Positions 1 to 4,635 of a stretch of DNA of 4,635 bases are shown here, piece by piece (position 1 is the first letter of the stretch; the number at the start of each line of letters is the position of its first letter). Source of the DNA: a virus (lineage: Duplodnaviria > Heunggongvirae > Uroviricota > Caudoviricetes). Location of the stretch: the IMG/VR virus record IMGVR_UViG_2740892423_000025, one strand, 5' to 3'. Made by a program: the position numbers and the translations under genes. The notes below the pieces were generated by a model that saw only the letters and a program-made list of their open reading frames with translations, did not search any database and was not told where the DNA came from.

Positions 1-387
1 GTGCAATATTTAAAAGGAACGCCATTACATCAGGCCCGATTTGCAGGCGTCAGGATTACATGTCCTTCAGAGCTTTCCTCTTCAATAGAGGAGTATTTTA
101 AAAATAATGGATTTGATATAGGTCGTGTGACTTGCTTCTCTGCGAATGCACCCGATATGCTTAGTGTTACGTTTGAGTTGCTCTCACGGGCGAAAAAATT
201 TGCAGAGGTTATTATGGGGTTATTGAACAGGAATGATGTCGAAGTTGAATTACACCTTTGTACCAGAGACGATGAGCCTAAAACTGCAAAGCTCAAATTA
301 AGAAACCTCAAAGATGTTGATGCGTGTGAGCGTCTGATTGATAAACTGGCTGCAGTGGTAATAACGCCAAAGAAAAATGAAGAATAA
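1..387 (+). CDS. hypothetical protein, probably 5'-truncated at the window edge (family not recognised)
   Basis: Frame open from base 1 to TAA at 385-387. The GTG at 1 cannot be tested as a true start because no upstream sequence is in the window. Followed 24 nt later by an intrinsic terminator. Amino-acid composition looks protein-like. Confidence 0.5.
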   Translation: MQYLKGTPLHQARFAGVRITCPSELSSSIEEYFKNNGFDIGRVTCFSANAPDMLSVTFELLSRAKKFAEVIMGLLNRNDVEVELHLCTRDDEPKTAKLKLRNLKDVDACERLIDKLAAVVITPKKNEE

Positions 388-410
388 TCGGTAAGCCAAC
401 CACCCTCTCT

Positions 411-449
411 GGAAATAAAAAGCCCGCGACTAATCCTGCGGGCTTTTTG
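411..449. terminator. bidirectional rho-independent terminator shared by the convergent 1-387 gene and the hok-like transcript
   Basis: Stem 421-427 (agcccgc) pairs with 438-444 (gcgggct), 10-nt loop. Flanked by an A-rich tract 411-420 (a U-tract when read on the - strand) and TTTTT at 445-449 on the + strand. Confidence 0.6.
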
Positions 450-468
450 CATTCAGGTTTGTGAGATG

Positions 469-483
469 GGGTGCCTTATCGGC
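469..483 (-). promoter_or_regulatory. fbi-like 3' element of the toxin mRNA, complementary to its predicted 5' end (810-823)
   Basis: Plus 469-483 gggtgccttatcggc is an inverted repeat of plus 810-823 gccgaaaggcaccc. In the - strand RNA, 5' GGGUGCCUUUCGGC can pair with GCCGAUAAGGCACCC in the 3' UTR: 14 bp with one bulged U, including 9 contiguous perfect bp. Confidence 0.4.
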
Positions 484-533
484 CTTACCCTGGCAACCGA
501 TTGACGGGGGATTGCTCCCCCGTCGCGGTTTCC

Positions 534-677
534 TTACGGTTTACACTGTAAGAACGCCGCAAACTCCGCTCCCCAGAAGCTCATCCGTATCTCGCAGAGC
601 GAACCCTGCAACATCCAGATGATGAGGATTGCCGTCACGCACAGTGTGGTGATGGCGATTAGCGATTTTTGCGACAT
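534..677 (-). CDS. hok: Hok/Gef-family type I toxin (small membrane protein), 47 aa
   Basis: Not in the ORF track (too short). Reverse-strand translation ATG 677-675 to TAA 536-534 gives MSQKSLIAITTLCVTAILIIWMLQGSLCEIRMSFWGAEFAAFLQCKP. Hydrophobic N-terminal segment, then SLCEIR and E-x-AAF motifs as in plasmid R1 Hok (…[25 protein letters not shown], from memory). SD AAGGAG about 8 nt upstream of the ATG. Confidence 0.8.
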   Translation of the reverse strand: MSQKSLIAITTLCVTAILIIWMLQGSLCEIRMSFWGAEFAAFLQCKP

Positions 678-780
678 AGCACTTGCTCCTTTTTCGGAGA
701 GGCGCTAACCTACGACTTGCGAAGGTTGTATGGCTAGGGCCTCGGGTTAACGTTAAAGTTGACTCGGGGCCTTTCCACAT
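541..780 (-). CDS. mok-like overlapping reading frame (79 codons) that fully overlaps the hok-like ORF in another frame
   Basis: ATG at 780-778 preceded by GAAGG. In-frame stop just upstream (793-795) fixes the maximal extent. Ends at TAA 543-541, 7 nt beyond the hok stop, the arrangement described for mok/hok. The protein sequence itself is not diagnostic. Confidence 0.4.
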   Translation of the reverse strand: MWKGPESTLTLTRGPSHTTFASRRLAPLRKRSKCYVAKIANRHHHTVRDGNPHHLDVAGFALRDTDELLGSGVCGVLTV

Positions 781-809
781 CCGGCCTTCGGTTTACCCTC
801 CAGCCATCA

Positions 810-823
810 GCCGAAAGGCACCC
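810..823 (-). promoter_or_regulatory. tac-like 5' element of the toxin mRNA (partner of 469-483)
   Basis: Lies exactly at the transcription start predicted independently from the promoter at 830-859. Complementary to 469-483 (see that feature). Confidence 0.4.
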
Positions 824-829
824 GCGCGA

Positions 830-859
830 ATTCTAGCCTGGTTTTTTCCCTTGTTTCAA
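830..859 (-). promoter_or_regulatory. candidate sigma70 promoter of the hok-like transcript
   Basis: On the - strand: -35 TTGAAA (859-854), 18-nt spacer, -10 TAGAAT (835-830). Predicted start near 823, giving a transcript of about 410 nt to the terminator at about 415, similar to the roughly 400-nt hok mRNA of R1. Confidence 0.35.
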
Positions 860-863
860 TCCG

Positions 864-891
864 TTGAGGCCTCTCAGCCTTCTGATATAAA
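864..891 (+). promoter_or_regulatory. candidate strong sigma70 promoter with extended -10, driving the 898-964 small RNA
   Basis: -35 TTGAGG (864-869), 16-nt spacer, TG at 883-884, -10 TATAAA (886-891). Predicted start at G898 or A899. Confidence 0.45.
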
Positions 892-897
892 ATTCCC

Positions 898-964
898 GAC
901 CGCAGACATTATTCAGTCACGCATTTGATACATGCTTCCGCCGGCGTTCGCGCCGGTTTTTTTT
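898..964 (+). ncRNA. candidate ~67-nt small RNA, divergent from the hok-like gene (possible Sok-like antitoxin RNA; relation to the toxin unproven)
   Basis: Bounded by the promoter at 864-891 and the terminator at 941-964. No ORF with an SD inside. Possible small stem 921-924/932-935. Size matches type I antitoxin RNAs (Sok is about 64 nt). It does not overlap the predicted toxin mRNA (about 415-823). Confidence 0.4.
941..964 (+). terminator. rho-independent terminator
   Basis: Perfect 6-bp GC stem ccggcg (941-946) / cgccgg (951-956), tetraloop ttcg, followed by eight T (957-964). Confidence 0.65.
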
Positions 965-981
965 CGTCCTGTTGCTGCGTA

Positions 982-1239
982 GATCGTCATGTGCGATCGA
1001 GGCGCGGTATTGATCCTTTTTTCAGTTTAATTTTGACTCTTAATTTTACGCAGGCCGCGCCGCGTCTGGCTTCGTTGTTTGACGATTTTTTGATGCGATC
1101 CTTTCGCGATCGTGTCTTGTCCCACGTAAAGTATGAAAACTCTTTTAATATCATGCTGTTTTATTGCTACTGCCATTTGTGCGATCGTAAAAACCACTCT
1201 GAAAACTGCAAAAAATTTCAAAGCGTGAAATTTCAGATC
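982..1239. other. cluster of seven GATC (Dam) sites, three in the context GCGATCG; TGTGCGATCG occurs twice
   Basis: GATC at 982, 995, 1012, 1097, 1108, 1183 and 1236 (first base), counted by eye. 10-mer TGTGCGATCG at 990-999 and 1178-1187; CGCGATCG at 1105-1112. Confidence 0.5.
1213..1233. promoter_or_regulatory. AT-rich perfect palindrome AAATTTCA-N5-TGAAATTT, possible dimeric regulator site
   Basis: 1213-1220 aaatttca and 1226-1233 tgaaattt are exact reverse complements around a 5-nt spacer. GATC at 1236 lies 3 nt downstream. Confidence 0.3.
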
Positions 1240-1345
1240 TTCGCTTTTCCCTCAGTTGCTGCGCGGGCTGGCGGTCAGTTTTGCACGGCAGAAAACTGAA
1301 AAACTGTTTCGACACAAAACCCGCGGGTTGGAGGGGGTAGCGCGG

Positions 1346-1385
1346 TTTACGTCACCTCACGCTTTACGTCACACCGTTTACGCGG
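1346..1385. repeat. direct repeats of TTTACG(TCAC): two exact 10-mers and a third partial copy
   Basis: tttacgtcac at 1346-1355 and 1363-1372; tttacg again at 1377-1382. The third copy sits inside the inverted repeat cacaccg (1369-1375) / cggtgtg (1382-1388). Confidence 0.35.
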
Positions 1386-1442
1386 TGTGTGCATACAGCG
1401 CCGGAATGGCACGCAGAACGCATTAATCAGGTAGTGGATATG

Positions 1443-1469
1443 AAAAACGCACGGTCGGAACCGTGCGTT
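1443..1469 (-). terminator. rho-independent terminator of the - strand operon
   Basis: Stem 1448-1455 (cgcacggt) pairs with 1460-1467 (accgtgcg), loop cgga. On the - strand it is followed by TTTTT (plus 1443-1447 aaaaa). Lies 40 nt past the stop of the 565-aa gene. Confidence 0.6.
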
Positions 1470-1507
1470 GTTTGATGGGGCGTTTATGTGGGTTTTATGT
1501 CGGGAAC

Positions 1508-3205
1508 TCAGGCGATAAGGTCGCCGTATTTTTCGCGCAGATTCGTGGCCTGCAGGGCATCTGCAGCAAGCTCGCTGCTGTTTGTTGGTGTGCCGGTGTT
1601 GCTGTGGGTATGGTTTGCAGTATGTGTGGCCAGCAACTGAACCAGATCCAGAATATCAATCAACAACGTCAGCAGATTAAGTCCGGATTTTTCCCGTGAG
1701 CCACTGCGACCAATAAATACTGTCGGGGCTGTAAACTCCAGACCACCGTCCGCCCGGCATGTTCTGCGGCCTCCCACGTTTTCAGTAAGGTCGCGCTCAA
1801 TCGTGGATGTCGCCCCTTTGAGTTTAGTCAGCAAATCCTGCGCTACCATCTGGATATGCTCACCGGCTGCGATCGCGTAATGGCCGGTAGTAAGGTGCTC
1901 TATTTGTCCTGCCATTAGCTTGCTGGTTCCCAGAACGCTGGTTATATCGTTTGCCTGTACTGTGGTTGTTCTGGTTGTTGTTGTGCGTTCCTCCTGATCG
2001 CTGTTAATGGTTCGCCGGGCTGAATGTTCTCTGATTTGCTGATCGGTTTCTCTGTGCCAGCTTCCGTCAGTCGTGACGCGCTGAAACACTTCTGCGCGCT
2101 GTTGCTGCAGCTGTTCGCCGGGCTTTACATCAGGCAGGTTATGGCCAGCGGGTAAGATTTGCCTGATAACGGGTTTGTCCGGACGTCCTTCAATGTTGGA
2201 TATTTCCACGATGGTGCCTGCCGGTGGGTAGGCAAAACATCCCGCCTCACTGCCAGCCATGGGGACGGGGAGCGGTACTGCCGGGTAAACGGGCGTGTCG
2301 CTTTTATCGTTGCCGTCCTCATCGAGCAGTTGCACATCGACGGCGTAGCGTGGGCGGAAACTGTCGGCCACATCGCCCAGGGTGGCGGGCTCCGTTGGCG
2401 CAATGACGCGCGCCAGCCGGGTATGTAGCGTACCGCTGGCCAGTTCCGGGAACTGTGTTTCCATTTGTCTGCGTAATGGTGATTTGGAAACAGGGTTACC
2501 CGTGGCGGTAAGGCGCTCCCATGTCAGGGTCATTTTCTCGTTGTTGAGGGCTACACGGGTAATGCGCCCGGCCGGTAGGTTCACGCCCGGTCGCACAGTT
2601 TCCATAAACATGATGTCGATGCTGTTTCCGCCGCTTTGCCCGAGCGTGTACTGTTGCGGAATATCCGGCATTGTAATACTGGCAAATCGTGAATCAGCTG
2701 CGCTTCCCACAAATACAGAACCGTCCGGCATAGGGTGCCAGACGTAATCGCTGATACTGAATGCTCGCCCCAGTTGGCTGAGCAGTTGTGCTCCGCTGCC
2801 GCTGTGGGTGATGTAGGGAGTTGGTATACTGGCATAATCCGCATCCGGAGTGATAAAAACGATACCGCTTTGTCGCCCCAGATTATCGAGTACCCTCCGC
2901 AACGTCGGGTGTTGCATGGAGCAAGGGAAATCAAAATCCAGCACAGCAGCCGCTTCACGAATAAAAAGGCGACGTGAGCCATTTTCAGCAGGTTGATCGC
3001 GCTCAATGTAGCCGGAGAAATAGCGCCATGCTTCACCGTCACGGCCGAGATCAATTTGTACCATTGCGCCGGCAAGGCTGTGTTCGGGTGACAGATTGTT
3101 AACAGAAATGAAGCCACGACCGGCAGCATTCAGGGTAAGAACAAGGCTTATATCGGCAATTTCCACCCGTTCGCCATTAATCATGCAGCGTTGTATCAAT
3201 TTCAT
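1508..3205 (-). CDS. baseplate hub/spike-like protein (gp5/gpV/VgrG-type OB-fold and His-rich tip behind a ~270-aa N-terminal domain), 565 aa
   Basis: Longest ORF in the window. SD GGAAGG 7-8 nt before ATG 3205-3203. Start overlaps the upstream stop (ATGA). Residues 327-347 PPAGTIVEISNIEGRPDKPVI match the P-x-x-G-x-x-V-x-I…G-x-x-D-x-P-V pattern I recall in P2 gpV and VgrG. C-terminal ATHTANHTHSNTG resembles the His-rich apex of P2 gpV (LHTHKH, from memory). Family call is by eye only. Confidence 0.7.
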   Translation of the reverse strand: MKLIQRCMINGERVEIADISLVLTLNAAGRGFISVNNLSPEHSLAGAMVQIDLGRDGEAWRYFSGYIERDQPAENGSRRLFIREAAAVLDFDFPCSMQHPTLRRVLDNLGRQSGIVFITPDADYASIPTPYITHSGSGAQLLSQLGRAFSISDYVWHPMPDGSVFVGSAADSRFASITMPDIPQQYTLGQSGGNSIDIMFMETVRPGVNLPAGRITRVALNNEKMTLTWERLTATGNPVSKSPLRRQMETQFPELASGTLHTRLARVIAPTEPATLGDVADSFRPRYAVDVQLLDEDGNDKSDTPVYPAVPLPVPMAGSEAGCFAYPPAGTIVEISNIEGRPDKPVIRQILPAGHNLPDVKPGEQLQQQRAEVFQRVTTDGSWHRETDQQIREHSARRTINSDQEERTTTTRTTTVQANDITSVLGTSKLMAGQIEHLTTGHYAIAAGEHIQMVAQDLLTKLKGATSTIERDLTENVGGRRTCRADGGLEFTAPTVFIGRSGSREKSGLNLLTLLIDILDLVQLLATHTANHTHSNTGTPTNSSELAADALQATNLREKYGDLIA

Positions 3206-3777
3206 GTTTTCCCTTCCTCTTTCACGCTCCCGATGCCAACAGCATCCAGACCAGAGCCAACGGCATCATTGATTTTTTTCCAGAACGAACTTTGCGTATT
3301 CATGCCTTTGTCTGGTGCCTGTTCGCTACCGTTCTGGGTCTGCTGTCTGGCGATGGTTTTCTGCGAACCGCTACGTGCAGACGCTTTCTCTGGCACGCTT
3401 AATTTTTCCCTGAGAGTAAAGGTGACCTGCCAGTGCATTTTTCCCTGTTGTTCCGTGGCATCAATGCCACCAGAAAATACCCCCTGTCGCATATTGATTG
3501 CCTTCGCGGTAGCGTTAGCAATGCGATATGTTTTTTTCGCGCCATTGCTTTCTGTTGCCTCCGCAAGCTGAAAAATACGGGTCAGAATAGCTTCATCGTT
3601 AAAATCAATAACCCCCGACACGCGCAGCTCTTTAGCCTTGCTTCCCTGCTGGGCGCTCGTGGTGCTGGTTGACTGTCCGGACATATCTTTGTCCGGTAGT
3701 TGCATGGTGGCGCTGACGGTGATGTTGCGCAGCAGAATGGCTTCCCCGTCAAGCGCAAGGACAATCATCTGGGTCAT
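3202..3777 (-). CDS. hypothetical protein, 191 aa (possible tail/baseplate accessory protein by context only)
   Basis: ATG 3777-3775 with SD AAGGGAAG about 7 nt upstream. Stop TGA 3204-3202 overlaps the next start. No family recognised. Confidence 0.65.
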   Translation of the reverse strand: MTQMIVLALDGEAILLRNITVSATMQLPDKDMSGQSTSTTSAQQGSKAKELRVSGVIDFNDEAILTRIFQLAEATESNGAKKTYRIANATAKAINMRQGVFSGGIDATEQQGKMHWQVTFTLREKLSVPEKASARSGSQKTIARQQTQNGSEQAPDKGMNTQSSFWKKINDAVGSGLDAVGIGSVKEEGKT

Positions 3778-4462
3778 GTAGTGCTTCCCTTAGTGATGAG
3801 AGATCATCGCCGACGAACAGCATCACAGCTGTAAAAACCCACTCAGGGTGTGGGATGTTTTTTTGTATCAGCACTGCGGCCTGGCTGAGGGCTCCCTTGT
3901 AGCAAAAGCGCCACACCGGGCAAAATTTTTGCCGGAGTGCGGCCTGCTGATCAGCGATTTCCTGTAGAGCTTTATCTCTCGCATTCATGAACTGATGCAG
4001 TGATGATGACAATGTTTCCGGTGATGTGGCGGCAGGAGTGGCTGCCTGTGCAATGGTTGCCGCCAGCGACATGCTGCGAGTGGTCTGTGTCGACAGCATT
4101 ATCGGTTCCGGAAGTGATGTTGCCGGTCTGGCGGGGATTTGCATTCTGCTGATGGCCAGTGAAAGCTGGCTGGAGATCATGCGGGACATTCGTCCCACCT
4201 CCGGCAACGGAAATGCGCCTGAAAATTGCCTGGCGAGTGATAAAAACTCGCCAGCAGAAGGAGCGCAAAATAACAGCGCCACAATGTCCTTTTCTGTGTT
4301 TTCTTTCAGATAGGGTAAAAGTGCAGATACAGCATTTTCGGGGCTGAGATAACGCCCCGATGGTTTGATGTTTCCGGTATTTTCTGACCATGGATGCAGG
4401 CAAACCACAGAGCATTTAATGTTCATGGCTGACGGGCGCAGAATTGCCTTTTCCCATTTCAT
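3749..4462 (-). CDS. hypothetical protein, 237 aa, with an S/T/A/P-rich central linker and Cys pairs (C-x3-C N-terminal; C-x5-C and C-x-C C-terminal)
   Basis: ATG 4462-4460 with SD GGAGAG. Start overlaps the stop of the upstream partial gene (ATGA). 3' end overlaps the 191-aa gene start by 29 nt. No family recognised. Confidence 0.6.
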   Translation of the reverse strand: MKWEKAILRPSAMNIKCSVVCLHPWSENTGNIKPSGRYLSPENAVSALLPYLKENTEKDIVALLFCAPSAGEFLSLARQFSGAFPLPEVGRMSRMISSQLSLAISRMQIPARPATSLPEPIMLSTQTTRSMSLAATIAQAATPAATSPETLSSSLHQFMNARDKALQEIADQQAALRQKFCPVWRFCYKGALSQAAVLIQKNIPHPEWVFTAVMLFVGDDLSSLREALHDPDDCPCA

Positions 4463-4635
4463 TCTGACTCTCCAGCCTGAAAAGCGCGGATGTCGGCAAG
4501 ATTATTAAGGCTATCCAGCACGTCCTTCATCTGTCGCTGACGGCGATAAATCTCGTCATTGCGATCGACCTGCGCCTGCGCCATTGCTGCCGCCAGTTCT
4601 TCCAGTTCCGGCATCGACAGTTTCACCTGTTGATT
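4459..4635 (-). CDS. hypothetical protein, 3' fragment (N-terminus beyond the window), helical-looking C-terminus
   Basis: Frame open from the window edge to TGA 4461-4459. Translation …NQQVKLSMPELEELAAAMAQAQVDRNDEIYRRQRQMKDVLDSLNNLADIRAFQAGESE. Stop overlaps the ATG of the 237-aa gene. Confidence 0.5.
   Translation of the reverse strand, partial: NQQVKLSMPELEELAAAMAQAQVDRNDEIYRRQRQMKDVLDSLNNLADIRAFQAGESE

Noticed and set aside
30-452. 140-aa - strand ORF antisense to the 1-387 gene
   Set aside because: Antisense shadow of a more coherent ORF; it reads through the terminator hairpin.
466-490. Resemblance of tgccttatcggcc to half of an enterobacterial REP element
   Set aside because: Only one half is present locally. 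The partner lies about 330 bp away at the 5' end of the toxin transcript, which fits hok-type long-range RNA pairing better.
842-850. T-run on the + strand as a possible terminator of a cis-antisense Sok
   Set aside because: No stable hairpin immediately upstream (best pairing is 4 bp with a 33-nt loop). More simply, it is the A-tract in the spacer of the - strand promoter.
683-928. 81-aa + strand ORF
   Set aside because: Antisense to the mok-like frame and crosses both predicted promoters; no SD.
780-965. Possible tRNA, tmRNA or other housekeeping RNA
   Set aside because: No match to recalled E. coli tmRNA, RNase P or 6S sequences and no tRNA-like acceptor or T-arm features. The promoter/terminator-bounded small RNA model explains the signals.
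1027-1221. 64-aa - strand ORF from the track
   Set aside because: Starts at TTG with no SD; highly basic, low-complexity C-terminus; no supporting context.
925-1299. 124-aa + strand ORF from the track
   Set aside because: Cys-rich, non-protein-like translation; no SD; runs through the 941-964 terminator and the GATC-rich region.
1463-1699. 78-aa + strand ORF
   Set aside because: Overlaps the 3' end of the 565-aa gene on the opposite strand; low-complexity, Cys/Gly-rich translation.
2125-3129. Six track ORFs inside the 565-aa gene (2125-2403 -, 2159-2428 +, 2224-2406 +, 2382-2747 +, 2581-3129 -, 2735-2977 +)
   Set aside because: All are alternative-frame or antisense ORFs nested in the long ORF, with Arg/Cys-rich compositions typical of shadow frames.
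3191-3764. Three track ORFs overlapping the 191-aa gene (3191-3571 +, 3433-3672 +, 3582-3764 -)
   Set aside because: Nested shadow ORFs without SD. The 3202-3777 frame has SD and stop/start coupling on both sides.
3749-3777. Programmed ribosomal frameshift in the 29-nt overlap
   Set aside because: No slippery heptamer (X-XXY-YYZ type) visible in the overlap. An independent SD precedes the downstream ATG, so ordinary reinitiation is the simpler explanation.
3972-4415. Three track ORFs overlapping the 237-aa gene (3972-4415 -, 4026-4313 +, 4159-4347 +)
   Set aside because: Nested in the longer 3749-4462 frame, which has the SD and the ATGA coupling; their compositions look non-coding.
1-4635. 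CRISPR arrays, rRNA, IS-element terminal inverted repeats
   Set aside because: No regularly spaced direct repeats with unique spacers, no rRNA-like segments, and no transposase-like ORF or terminal inverted repeats seen.

Overview
4,635-bp window with enterobacterial-like base composition and three zones. (1) Left, 1-965: the 3' end of a + strand gene (1-387); a bidirectional intrinsic terminator; and, on the - strand, a 47-codon Hok/Gef-family type I toxin ORF (534-677) that the ORF track missed, nested in a mok-like overlapping ORF (541-780). A strong promoter plus terminator pair on the + strand delimits a candidate ~67-nt small RNA (898-964). (2) Middle, 965-1442: an ORF-poor stretch with seven GATC sites in 258 bp and several small repeats and palindromes. 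(3) Right, 1443-4635: the distal end of a - strand operon of at least four translationally coupled genes, closed by an intrinsic terminator. Its last gene (1508-3205, 565 aa) has a gp5/gpV-type OB-fold motif and a C-terminal His-x3-His-x-His tip typical of contractile-tail or T6SS spikes, fused behind a roughly 270-aa N-terminal domain. I could not assign the other three proteins to a family. All calls are by eye and from recalled family signatures; no database search or RNA folding was run. The spike-terminated module and the atypical hok locus are the parts I would follow up.
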